Of a stretch of DNA of 64,000 nt, positions 1-8,641 are shown one piece after another (positions within the stretch are counted from its first letter, which is position 1; the number at the start of each line of letters is the position of its first letter). Both the position numbers and the translations under genes were made by a program. The notes under the pieces were generated by a model. The model was not told the DNA's origin, did not search any database, and worked only from the letters and a program-made list of their open reading frames with translations. Origin of the DNA: an uncultured Chloroflexia bacterium (lineage in GTDB: Bacteria; Chloroflexota; Dehalococcoidia; SM23-28-2; RBG-16-64-32); NCBI GenBank assembly GCA_963738925.1, contig CAVTYE010000001.1, forward strand, positions 192,609 to 256,608. Direction: 5' to 3'.

Positions 1-1370
1 TCTGGGTTATCGGATGCCTGGAGCTGCCGCTTGTAGGCCGCCTCAACTCCCCCCTCAATGGGCAGCGAGCCCCACTCGCCGGACGGCCAGGCATAGCGCG
101 TGCTCGCGCGAGTGTGATTGGAGTGACCAGCGCCGGCAACTCCAAACGCTTTCCGCACGATGATCGAGCACCACGGTGTCGTCGCCTGGTAGACTGCGGC
201 GAGCGCTCGGACGCCCTTTCGGATGGTGCCTTGCCGCTCGGCCTCGATTCCTACGAGAAAGCCGGGATTGTCGACAAAATTCACCACGGGAAGGTGGAAC
301 GTGTCGCATAGGTCGACGAATCGCGTCATCTTCTCAGCAGCTGCGGAGTCGATCGACCCGGCCATGAACGCTGGATCGTTCGCCATCACGCCAGCGGGGA
401 TACCGGCCAGGCGGGCAAGTCCCGTGATAAGCGATGGGCCGAAATGCTTTCCCATCTCAAAGAAAGAATCGGCGTCGAGTGTGAGACTGAGGATTCGCCG
501 CATGTCGTAGATCTTGCGCCGCTCTCGCGGAACGATAGATATGAGTTCCGGCGCGCGTCGCCCGGGGTCGTCTTTCGGCTCAGCCACGGGGGGAATCTCC
601 CAAACCGAAGACGGTAGATACGAAAGAAAGCGCCGGATATGCTCGAAGGCCTCTTCTTCGCTCTCCACCTCGTTGTCGACGGCGCCGCTACCGTTCGCAT
701 GAATGTGCGAGCCTCCGAGCTCCTCCTTCTCCACTTCGCGGGAGAAGGCGCGCCGCACCACCGGCGGCCCAGCGACGAACAGCTGACTCGATCCGCGCAC
801 CATCACCGAAAAGTGAGATGCGGCTACGCGAGCCGCGCCAAGGCCGGCGACGGGACCCAGCGCGGCCGCGACCACGGGCACCTGGGAGAGAAGGCTAACG
901 GAGACGTCCCAATCAGGAATCGCCGGGACATAGGAGCGCCTTAGCGCCGCATTGGTACGGACGCTTCCGCCGCCTCCGGTCCCATCGACGAGGCGAACTA
1001 TCGGCAAATGCAGCTCACGGGCTGTTATTTCACTCCAACCCATCTTGTTGCCGACTGCGCCATCCGCCGCACCGCCGCGAACTGTGAAGTCGTCGCAGCC
1101 GATGATTACCGCCCGGCCGTCGATCAATCCTTGGCCCGTGATGAAGTTGGAGGGCGTGAAGTCTTTGATCTGTCCTCCCTCGTCGTACTCGACCTTACCG
1201 GCGAGCGAACCCACCTCTCGAAACGAGCCCGCGTCCAGCAGCTGTTCTATGCGCTGGCGGACAGGCGTCCGGCCCTCAGCGATGTGGCGCGCTACTCGCT
1301 CGGCGCCGCCCATCTGCTGGGCCAACTCGCGCCGGTGCCTGATCTCCTCCAGTTCGGGTTCCCAGGTCAT
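1..1370 (-). CDS. acyl-CoA carboxylase carboxyltransferase (beta) subunit; 3' end runs off the left edge
   Basis: Own minus-strand translation from the ATG at complement 1368-1370: MTWEPELEEIRHRRELAQQMGGAERVARHIAEGRTPVRQRIEQLLDAGSF...LIDGRAVIIGCDDFTVRGGAADG...LPIVRLVDGTGGGGS...FVAGPPVV...ANDPAFMAGSIDS. This is the propionyl/methylcrotonyl-CoA carboxyltransferase pattern. It is absent from the ORF track because the frame is open to position 1. Confidence 0.85.
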   Translation of the reverse strand, partial: MTWEPELEEIRHRRELAQQMGGAERVARHIAEGRTPVRQRIEQLLDAGSFREVGSLAGKVEYDEGGQIKDFTPSNFITGQGLIDGRAVIIGCDDFTVRGGAADGAVGNKMGWSEITARELHLPIVRLVDGTGGGGSVRTNAALRRSYVPAIPDWDVSVSLLSQVPVVAAALGPVAGLGAARVAASHFSVMVRGSSQLFVAGPPVVRRAFSREVEKEELGGSHIHANGSGAVDNEVESEEEAFEHIRRFLSYLPSSVWEIPPVAEPKDDPGRRAPELISIVPRERRKIYDMRRILSLTLDADSFFEMGKHFGPSLITGLARLAGIPAGVMANDPAFMAGSIDSAAAEKMTRFVDLCDTFHLPVVNFVDNPGFLVGIEAERQGTIRKGVRALAAVYQATTPWCSIIVRKAFGVAGAGHSNHTRASTRYAWPSGEWGSLPIEGGVEAAYKRQLQASDNP

Positions 1371-1486
1371 GTGCGCCGATTATAGCCCTACGCGTCCTGC
1401 GTAGAGAACAACTCCCAGCGCGTCGCCCAGAAGGCGGGTGCCCAGGGCGTTCTTTCGGCGCCGAGGGGCGACACCATCGGCCTACT

Positions 1487-1495
1487 TGCTATAAT
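1487..1495 (+). promoter_or_regulatory. extended -10 promoter element (TGCTATAAT) 9 nt upstream of the amine oxidase ATG; implies a leaderless or near-leaderless mRNA
   Basis: TGCTATAAT at 1487-1495 matches TGnTATAAT exactly. The ATG is at 1505 and there is no Shine-Dalgarno sequence in between. Confidence 0.5.
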
Positions 1496-1504
1496 CCGCC
1501 CGTC

Positions 1505-2869
1505 ATGACCGAGAAAAGGCACAGCGTCGCCATCGTCGGCGCTGGAATCGCCGGGCTCGTCGCTGCTCGCGAACTCGTCCGCGCCGGAGTCGACGTCGCC
1601 GTGCTGGAAGCGCGAGACCGGGTCGGCGGCCGCACCTTGAACCAGCCGGTGCCCGGAGGCTCGGTGGTGGAAGGCGGCGGCGAGTTCGCCGGCCCGACCC
1701 AGACCGCGGTGCTGGAGCTGGCGGAGGAGCTGGGCATCGAGACGTTTCCTACCTACACGGACGGCCAGGTCGTCTTCGTTCGCGGCGGGACGCGCACCGT
1801 CGGCCCGGACCCCGGCGTCGAGCGAGGGCTCAGGCCCGGCAGCCCCGGCGCGCGGCTGGAAGAGATGGCCCGTCAGCTGCCGCTGGAGACGCCGTGGGAC
1901 GCTCCGCTCGCAGCCGAGTGGGACCGCATCACCGTCGAAGACTGGCTTCGAGAGGCCGCTCCGGACGGGCGCGGCAGAAGGATCGTCGACATGGCGGCGG
2001 CGGCAACGCTCGGCGCCACGCCGGGGGACCTTTCGCTGCTCTGGTTCCTCTTCTACATCCGCTCTGCGCCCGGCGGCCTGCCTGACCTGCTGATGACTCG
2101 CGATGGGGCCCAGGACAGGCGCTTCGTCGGCGGCTCGCAGCTGATCTCCCTGCGCATGGCCGAAGAGCTGCGCGATCGCGTGACTCTCGCCTCGCCGGTG
2201 CAGCGGATCAGCGGCTGGAGCACCGGACCGGCCAGCATCGAGTACGACGGCGGCGCAATCGAAGCGGAGCGGGTGATCATCGCCATGATGCCGTCCGACG
2301 TCACGCGGATCGCCTTCGACCCGCCCTTGCCGGAACGGCGCGCCCAGCTCAACCAGGGCTGGACGCCGGCCGAGCAGAGCTTCAAGGCGCAGCTCGTCTA
2401 CGAGACGCCGTTCTGGCGGGAGGAAGGACTCTCCGGCCAGGTGATCAGCGACGAGGAGCCGCAAATCACCTTCGACAACACGCCGCCCGTAGGTGCGCCC
2501 GGCGTCATCCTGTCGTTTGTCGACCCGCGCTCGATGCCGGGCGGCGCTGACACGCGCCGGGACTGGCTGGCCGAACGCATGGCCGCCTACTTCGGAGAGA
2601 GGTCGAAGACGCCGATCGCCTACGTGGAATGCGACTGGCACGAGGACGGCTGGACTTCAGGCTGCGTCTCACCGCTCGTGCCCGGAGTTCTGCACCCGTA
2701 TGGCGCGGCGCTGACGGAGCCCTGCGGCGTCGTTCACTGGGCCGGCACGGAGACTTCGGCGGTCTGGAACGGCTACATGGACGGGGCAGTCCGCTCCGGC
2801 CGCCGCGTCGCCCGGGAAGTGGCCGCATCGCTGCGCGGAGAGCGCGTCCCGGCCGGAATCCTCGCCTGA
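1505..2869 (+). CDS. FAD-dependent amine oxidase (monoamine/putrescine oxidase-like)
   Basis: 454-aa ORF. N-terminal dinucleotide fold VAIVGAGIAGLVAARELVRAGVDVAVLEARDRVGGR, and C-terminal flavin amine oxidase pattern VHWAGTETS..WNGYMDGAVRSG. Confidence 0.85.
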   Translation: MTEKRHSVAIVGAGIAGLVAARELVRAGVDVAVLEARDRVGGRTLNQPVPGGSVVEGGGEFAGPTQTAVLELAEELGIETFPTYTDGQVVFVRGGTRTVGPDPGVERGLRPGSPGARLEEMARQLPLETPWDAPLAAEWDRITVEDWLREAAPDGRGRRIVDMAAAATLGATPGDLSLLWFLFYIRSAPGGLPDLLMTRDGAQDRRFVGGSQLISLRMAEELRDRVTLASPVQRISGWSTGPASIEYDGGAIEAERVIIAMMPSDVTRIAFDPPLPERRAQLNQGWTPAEQSFKAQLVYETPFWREEGLSGQVISDEEPQITFDNTPPVGAPGVILSFVDPRSMPGGADTRRDWLAERMAAYFGERSKTPIAYVECDWHEDGWTSGCVSPLVPGVLHPYGAALTEPCGVVHWAGTETSAVWNGYMDGAVRSGRRVAREVAASLRGERVPAGILA

Positions 2870-3061
2870 GCCGCCGCGCCGACCCCGAGGCAGCCTTTGA
2901 AACCAGGTTCGACGTGGAGAATATACACGTGTCCTGAACCGGGCAAACCTACCAGAGCGCGGCCGGGCGCGGTGTACAATTCTCCTGTGCCCGAATGGAC
3001 GCGGATTGTCCGCGCGAAAGAGCGCCCGGGCCAACCTCTGAAACGAAGCTGAACCCTGGCG

Positions 3062-4981
3062 ATGAAGAGACGGCGGTACCTGCTCCTGGCGGTCGCTCCC
3101 CTGGCCGCTGTCCTGGCCCTGCTGGCGCTTTCCACCGGAACCGGGACCGCACAGCCCATCCCCACCAGCGCTAACATCATCCCCGGCCGCTACATCGTCA
3201 TCCTCAAGAACGGCGTCGATTCAGAGGCCGCGGCCACCGATGCCAGCCAGGAGGACGGCGTCCAGGTCGATGTCGTCTACGGGCGCGCCGTCCACGGGTA
3301 CGCCGGACAGATGACCGACGCCCAGGCGCAGGCCCTCGCCCGCGATCCAGACGTCGCTCTGGTGGAGCCGGACAAGCGCGTCTCCGCCGAGCTCCACACG
3401 AACCAGTTCCAGACGCTGCCGACCGGCATCGACCGGATCGACGCTGACCAGAACGCGACGGCGCACATCACCAACGCGCCGGGCGCGACGCCCCTGAACA
3501 TCGACGTCGCGGTCATCGACTCCGGCGTCGATACGCAGCACCCGGACCTGAACGTCGCCGGCGGACGCGGGTTCACCGGCTCCTTCTGCTCCAACCACGC
3601 CTACGAAGACAACAACGGACACGGAACCCACGTCTCCGGGACGATCGCGGCCAAGGACGACGACCGCGGCGTCGTCGGCGTGGCGCCCGGAGCGCGGATC
3701 TGGGCCGTCAAAGTGCTGGACCAGAACGGCGAGGGCACGGATTCCTGCGTCATCGCCGGGATCGACTGGGTAACGGACCGCCGCGCGGAGTACAACGACG
3801 GCGCAGGCGACGGCGATCCCGGGATAAACATCAGGGTCGCCAACATGAGCCTGGGCGGCGACGACAGCCCGGCCATCTGCACCGCGATCAACAGCTCGGT
3901 GGCGGCCGGGGTCATCTACGCCGTGGCCGCCGGCAACAGCGGCACCGACGCCTCCAATTTCAGCCCGGCGAACTGCTCCTCGGCGATCGCGGTCTCGGCC
4001 TTCGCCGACTTCGACGGCAAGCCGGGAGGCCTGGCCGACCAGTCGCCCGGCATCCAGTTCGCTTCGTGCACTCAGAGCAAGGACGACTACTGGGCCTGTT
4101 TCAGCAGCTTCGGCACCGTCGTCGATATCGCTGCGCCGGGCGTGAACATCATCTCCACGTACATCGCCAGCCCCGGCTGCGGCTCGCTTCCCTACTGCTA
4201 CGCCATCTCCAGCGGCACCAGCATGGCCACGCCGCACGTCACCGGCGCGCTGGCGCTGTTCGAACTGGCCACGGGATACAACGGCCTGGCGGACGCGGCC
4301 AGCGTCATGGGCGCTTTCACCGCCGCCGGCTACACGCGCCCCCAAAGCGCCAGCTGTGGCTTTGCGGGAGACCCCGACAGCACCCACGAACCGATGCTCT
4401 ACGTCGGCACCGGCTGTCTCCCGGATGCCGACGGAGACGGAGTGCCCGACTCCACCGACAACTGCCCGAACGCGCCAAACCCAAACCAGGCGAACGTCGT
4501 GCACCCGATGACGCCGGCCGGCGACGCCTGCGAAGACCCCGACGGCGACTCCGTGATGGACGCCGTGGACAACTGCCCGAACGTCGCCAACCCCGGCCAG
4601 GCCAACCAGGACGGAGACGCCTTCGGTGACGCCTGCGACAACTGCCCGACGGTGGCGACGCCGTGGACCGTCCCGACCGGCGACACCGACTGCGACGGCT
4701 TCTCATCGGCGGTCGAGACGTACATGGGGACACTGCCCGCAACTGCCTGTGCGTCCACAATCGCGCCTGATGACGAGGGCCCGCCGGACGCCTGGCCCGC
4801 CGACTTCAACGACGACCGGGCCGTCAACCTGACGGACATGTACAAGATCGTGCCGTTCCTGAACCTCACCATCAACTCTCCGGGCGCCTCCAAGCGGTAC
4901 GACTTCAGCGGCGACGGCAACATCAACCTGACCGACATGTTCCGCGTCGTTCCCTTCCTCAACCTGCCCTGCGCTTCCTGA
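3062..4981 (+). CDS. secreted subtilisin-like serine protease (S8) with I9 propeptide, thrombospondin type-3 repeats and a C-terminal dockerin-like pair
   Basis: Signal peptide MKRRRYLLLAVAPLAAVLALLAL; I9-like RYIVILKNG...VEPD. Catalytic triad contexts VAVIDSGVD, HGTHVSGTIAA and SGTSMATPHVTGALAL. TSP3-type DADGDGVPDSTDNCPN, DPDGDSVMDAVDNCPN and NQDGDAFGDACDNCP. Two dockerin-like repeats DFNDDRAVNLTDMYKIVPFLN and DFSGDGNINLTDMFRVVPFLN. Confidence 0.9.
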   Translation: MKRRRYLLLAVAPLAAVLALLALSTGTGTAQPIPTSANIIPGRYIVILKNGVDSEAAATDASQEDGVQVDVVYGRAVHGYAGQMTDAQAQALARDPDVALVEPDKRVSAELHTNQFQTLPTGIDRIDADQNATAHITNAPGATPLNIDVAVIDSGVDTQHPDLNVAGGRGFTGSFCSNHAYEDNNGHGTHVSGTIAAKDDDRGVVGVAPGARIWAVKVLDQNGEGTDSCVIAGIDWVTDRRAEYNDGAGDGDPGINIRVANMSLGGDDSPAICTAINSSVAAGVIYAVAAGNSGTDASNFSPANCSSAIAVSAFADFDGKPGGLADQSPGIQFASCTQSKDDYWACFSSFGTVVDIAAPGVNIISTYIASPGCGSLPYCYAISSGTSMATPHVTGALALFELATGYNGLADAASVMGAFTAAGYTRPQSASCGFAGDPDSTHEPMLYVGTGCLPDADGDGVPDSTDNCPNAPNPNQANVVHPMTPAGDACEDPDGDSVMDAVDNCPNVANPGQANQDGDAFGDACDNCPTVATPWTVPTGDTDCDGFSSAVETYMGTLPATACASTIAPDDEGPPDAWPADFNDDRAVNLTDMYKIVPFLNLTINSPGASKRYDFSGDGNINLTDMFRVVPFLNLPCAS

Positions 4982-4991
4982 ACCGATATCA

Positions 4992-5915
4992 CTACGGCAT
5001 CGCGCCGTTAAGCCAGTCGAAGTAGCTCTGGATCCCTTCCAGGTAGGCCCGGGCGATCACGTCCGGCCCTTCCGGCCGGGCGACGAACGCCAGGTCGTCC
5101 GGGTTTGTCAGGAAGAGCGCCTCGACGATCGCGCCGGGCATCAAGCTGGGCTGGAAGTTGTCGTTCGTGCCAAGCATCCAGGAGTGTGGGTTGTTTGGGT
5201 TGCCGTTCACCATCGAGTCGTTCTTCTCGCCTCGGTCGTTGACGTCGTAGCCGGCCGTGCGGATGTCGTGCACCAGCCACTGCTGGATCATCCAACCCAG
5301 GTTGCAGCTCTCGTCAGCGAAGGGCCGGTCAGGATCGCAGTAGGCCTCCGTGCCGGCCTCATCGCTGGTAGCCCAGCCGTTGAAGTGGATCGAGACCAGC
5401 GCATCGGCCCGCGCGGCGTTAGCCAGGTCCACACGCGCCTGTGCCTCCCGCATCACGCTGCCCGCGTAGTCGCCCGGATCGAAGTCCGTGATCGTCGAGT
5501 CGCTGGACCGCAGCATCAGGACGTTGTAGCCGGCGTCCGTGAGCAGCGTATCCAGCTTCTGCGCGACCGCTAGCGTGAGGTCCTTCTCGATCCAGGAGCG
5601 GCCCGCGCTGTCGACGCCGACGGCACCGGTGTAGTTCGGGCCTCCGTGGCCGGCCTCCAGCGCGATCGTGTAGGGCGGCGGGTGATGGATATTGACCGGC
5701 GGCGGCGATATCGTCGGCGTCGGCCGGGGCGTCGGGACAGGTGTCGGCGCGAGCGTCGCTGCCGGGGTCAGGGTCGGCACCGAAGTGGTCAGAGCCGTTG
5801 TCGCTGGAGACCAGGGGCTCGGTGACGGAGTCGCGGCGTGTCCGGCGCCGCAGCCGATCAGCAACAGGCAAGAAGCGACGGCGGTGAGGGCGAGAGCGAG
5901 ACGAGGGTACCGCAC
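4992..5915 (-). CDS. N-acetylmuramoyl-L-alanine amidase (Amidase_3) lipoprotein
   Basis: ORF 4992..6104 trimmed to the GTG at complement 5913-5915, giving VRYPRLALALTAVASCLLLIGCGAG (lipobox). The longer version overlaps the upstream GNAT gene. A Pro/Thr linker is followed by ALEAGHGGPNYTGAVG...VSIHFNG...EALFLTNPDD. Confidence 0.8.
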   Translation of the reverse strand: MRYPRLALALTAVASCLLLIGCGAGHAATPSPSPWSPATTALTTSVPTLTPAATLAPTPVPTPRPTPTISPPPVNIHHPPPYTIALEAGHGGPNYTGAVGVDSAGRSWIEKDLTLAVAQKLDTLLTDAGYNVLMLRSSDSTITDFDPGDYAGSVMREAQARVDLANAARADALVSIHFNGWATSDEAGTEAYCDPDRPFADESCNLGWMIQQWLVHDIRTAGYDVNDRGEKNDSMVNGNPNNPHSWMLGTNDNFQPSLMPGAIVEALFLTNPDDLAFVARPEGPDVIARAYLEGIQSYFDWLNGAMP

Positions 5916-5934
5916 GACAAGAGCATAACAAGTG

Positions 5935-6435
5935 TCAACCGGGGCGGCTGACGTCGATCCGCCAGTGGTTGCAGCGGAGCGGCCGCCCGGAGAAGACGAT
6001 GTCATACTCGCCGACCAGCTCAAAGCCGAGCTTGCGGCAGATCGCGTTGGAGGGGCCGTTGTCGGCGCCCGGGAATGCGTGCACCGCGGAGATCCCGGGG
6101 TCACGGCGCGCCAGGGCCAGCACCTCGCGTCCGGCGGCCGTTGCCAGGCCCCTGCCGTGAAACTCGGGAAGGAGAGACCATCCCATCTCGTGGATCTTCT
6201 CCCCGCCGTGTTCCGTCTCCCAGATCCCGATAGACCCGGCGGCCCGCTCGCCTTCGTCCGGGATGACAGTGAAGTAGAGCGCTCCCGGCGCCGCGGCCGT
6301 GGCCACGCGGACGCGGTGGGCGTTGATTACGTCCTCCCGGGGCCGCGCGCCACCGAGGTACTTCATCGTCTCAGCGTCCGTTTCGATCGCCAGCGAGAGG
6401 TCGAAGTCTTCCTCGCCGTAGGGCCGCAGCCGCAT
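5935..6435 (-). CDS. GNAT family N-acetyltransferase (RimJ/RimL-like)
   Basis: 166-aa ORF with the acetyl-CoA binding pattern LLPEFHGRGLATAAGREVLALA and ...NGPSNAICRKLGFELVGE. Confidence 0.85.
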   Translation of the reverse strand: MRLRPYGEEDFDLSLAIETDAETMKYLGGARPREDVINAHRVRVATAAAPGALYFTVIPDEGERAAGSIGIWETEHGGEKIHEMGWSLLPEFHGRGLATAAGREVLALARRDPGISAVHAFPGADNGPSNAICRKLGFELVGEYDIVFSGRPLRCNHWRIDVSRPG

Positions 6436-6443
6436 CAGCGCCC

Positions 6444-7556
6444 TCAGCGGTCGGCGGGGACGCCGGTTCGCGGCGCGACCAGCACGTCATCGCCTTCGAT
6501 GCGGACGTCGTACGTCCTGGCGGGGCGGTTGGCCGGGCCCTGCAACGGTTCGCCGGTCGCCAGGTCAAAGCGCGAGGCGTGCAGCGGGCAGATCACAGTC
6601 GCGCCGTCGAGCTTGCCGTCGACCAGCGGACCGTTAGCGTGGGGGCAGCGGTTGCCGATCGCGTAGAAGCGGCCGCTGGCGTGGAAGAGCGCCACCTGCT
6701 CGCCGGCGACGTAGACGAGCTTCGAGCCGCCCTCCGGGATCTCGCCGACGCCGGCCACGCGCGCCCAGCCATCGACGATGGCTGCCGCCGGCGCGGCGAC
6801 GACATCGCCCGGCGCGCCGATGGCGTCGAGCGTGTCGCGCAGGGACATTGAGATGCAGGTGAACGTCGGCGTGTCGCGCAGGGTGTAGAGGCTGCTCTTC
6901 GCCTCCCGCAGCTCCATCACCAGGTCAAGAAAGTCGCCGGGCTCATCGGTCTCGAAGGAGACGACGAACTCCTGGTCGTCCAGCCCGAACGAGTAGGTCG
7001 TGTTCAGCTTCACGGAGGGGTACTTGCGCCCGATCCGGATGTGGTCGTTCATCATCGCCTGGCGGTCCTCCAGCGAGAGCTGGTACCACTCACGCGTCTT
7101 GACGAAGGGGTAGACGAAGAAGTACTTCGAGTCGGCCGGGTGCAGGTGCAGCCGCGAGGAGCCTTCCTCCGGGCTGACGTAGACGGAGCGCCGGGTCATC
7201 GCCAGGAAGGAGTACGGCATCGCCAGGTGGGCGCCCATCGGCGTTCGCATCAGCGCCGTGTGCAGCCCCTGGATGTCCTCCAGCCGCTCGCCGATCTGCC
7301 AGAGGAGGAAGTCGGCGTCGCCGCGCGTCCCGGCCACGGAGTAGCTCCGCACCTGGAGCCTGTCTGCGAAGGAATCGACCGCAGCCGCGAACGCCTCCTT
7401 GCCCTCCCCCCGTTTCTCCGGCCGCAGCTGCCGCCAGGCCGGGTCCACGCGGTAGAAGGAGAACTTGACGATCTGGCGGCGGGTTGGGGCCTCGCCGTTG
7501 GAGGCGTTGCCGGAGCGGTCAGGACTGTGTCCCTGACCCGCAGGGTGCTGGCTCAC
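6444..7556 (-). CDS. chdC: coproheme decarboxylase / chlorite dismutase-family protein (HemQ/ChdC) fused to a C-terminal NirD-type Rieske [2Fe-2S] domain
   Basis: N-terminal about 250 aa: FSFYRVDPAWRQL...KYFFVYPFVKTREWYQLSLEDRQAMMNDHIRIGRKYP...TYSFGLDDQEFVVSFETD. C-terminal about 110 aa: FYAIGNRCPHANGPLVDGKLDGATVICPLHASRFDLATGEPLQGPA, which supplies the CxH...CxxH Rieske ligands. Confidence 0.8.
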   Translation of the reverse strand: MSQHPAGQGHSPDRSGNASNGEAPTRRQIVKFSFYRVDPAWRQLRPEKRGEGKEAFAAAVDSFADRLQVRSYSVAGTRGDADFLLWQIGERLEDIQGLHTALMRTPMGAHLAMPYSFLAMTRRSVYVSPEEGSSRLHLHPADSKYFFVYPFVKTREWYQLSLEDRQAMMNDHIRIGRKYPSVKLNTTYSFGLDDQEFVVSFETDEPGDFLDLVMELREAKSSLYTLRDTPTFTCISMSLRDTLDAIGAPGDVVAAPAAAIVDGWARVAGVGEIPEGGSKLVYVAGEQVALFHASGRFYAIGNRCPHANGPLVDGKLDGATVICPLHASRFDLATGEPLQGPANRPARTYDVRIEGDDVLVAPRTGVPADR

Positions 7557-8596
7557 GACTTCTTGGCCTCGCTCGGGACCATCCGCTCCACGCCGAAGTT
7601 GTCCGGGTACATCGCCGCGATCCTGGCGAACTCATCCGCCGTTAGCGGCGCGACGTCGGCGCCGGCGGCGAACTCTTCCAGCTGCTCCTCGTCGTAGATG
7701 TTGGGCAGGACCGAGACGACGTTCGGCGACTCCAGGCAGTACTGGATCGCCGCCTGGCCGATCGTGCGGCCGGTGCCTTCGCTCAGGAAGTCGAGCTTGC
7801 CCAGCTTCTGCAGGCCCTCGATCAGCCACTCGCGGGGGCGGTGCGCGCGGTGGTCCGGCAGCTCGAACTTCGTCTCCAGCGTGTACTTGCCCTCCAGCAG
7901 CCCGGAGGAGTGCGGGACGCGAATGATGACGCCCACGCCGTCGCGCTCCGCGGCCTCGATCAGGCGGCGGCCGGGGTCCTGCTCGAAGATGTTGTAGATC
8001 ACCTGCAGCGTCGATATCTCGCGGTTGCGGGTCAGCGCCAGCCCTTCGGCCTCCCAGCCGTTGGCCGGGCCGAGGGCCGCTGCGTAGTGGCGGATCTTGC
8101 CTTCGCGCTTGAGGTCTTCCAGCGTGGCGAAGAGCTCGTCGCTCTGGACGGTCGGCATGCGCGGATTGTGGATCTGGTAGATGTCGATGTGGTCAGTGCC
8201 CAGCCGCTTCAGGCTCTGCTCGCAGGCGAACCGCACGAACTTCGGCGAGAAGTCCTGTGGGCGCTCGCGCTGGCCCTGGCGGTCAGCGTTGTTGTACCAG
8301 TCGTAGCCAAACTTGGTGCCGATGACGATCTGGTCGCGTACGTCTCCCAGCGCCTCGGCCAGAAGCGTCTCGCCCTTGCCGTCGCCGTAGGTGTCGGCGG
8401 TGTCGAAGAAGGTGACGCCGCGGTCGTAGGCCTTGCGCAGGAGGTCGATGCCGGTGGCGTCGCCGTCGACGCCCCACCAGCTGGTGGTGACTGTCCAGAG
8501 GCCAAAGCCGACGACGGACAGGCTGAGATCGGTGTTGGGGACGGTTCGGTATTGCATTGAGCGGCTCCTATCCAGGAACCAATTATAGGCGCGCAA
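7553..8596 (-). CDS. aldo/keto reductase
   Basis: 347-aa ORF with FFDTADTYGDGKGE, IGTKFG, IDIYQIHNP and LQVIYNIF. Its stop overlaps the start of the downstream HemQ gene (7553-7556). Confidence 0.9.
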   Translation of the reverse strand: MRAYNWFLDRSRSMQYRTVPNTDLSLSVVGFGLWTVTTSWWGVDGDATGIDLLRKAYDRGVTFFDTADTYGDGKGETLLAEALGDVRDQIVIGTKFGYDWYNNADRQGQRERPQDFSPKFVRFACEQSLKRLGTDHIDIYQIHNPRMPTVQSDELFATLEDLKREGKIRHYAAALGPANGWEAEGLALTRNREISTLQVIYNIFEQDPGRRLIEAAERDGVGVIIRVPHSSGLLEGKYTLETKFELPDHRAHRPREWLIEGLQKLGKLDFLSEGTGRTIGQAAIQYCLESPNVVSVLPNIYDEEQLEEFAAGADVAPLTADEFARIAAMYPDNFGVERMVPSEAKKS

Positions 8597-8641
8597 GTCT
8601 GTTGTGGTTCAAGGGAGATTTGCGCGGTTTACCGGCGTTTG

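Noticed and set aside
1388-2641. 417-aa minus-strand ORF antisense to the amine oxidase. Similar long shadow ORFs occur at 3221..4504, 24957..26123, 26324..27508, 28685..29935, 34245..35660, 41692..43065, 56441..58207 (588 aa) and 61272..63209 (645 aa).
   Set aside because: All are Arg/Ala/Gly/Pro-rich with no recognisable motifs. Each lies exactly opposite a gene with clear family signatures. These are the usual stop-codon-poor antisense frames of GC-rich DNA.
4400-4700. Nucleotide-level repeats (GACAACTGCCCGAAC...) that could suggest a DNA repeat element
   Set aside because: They are the coding repeats for the thrombospondin type-3 motifs of the S8 protease. They are in frame and conserved at the protein level.
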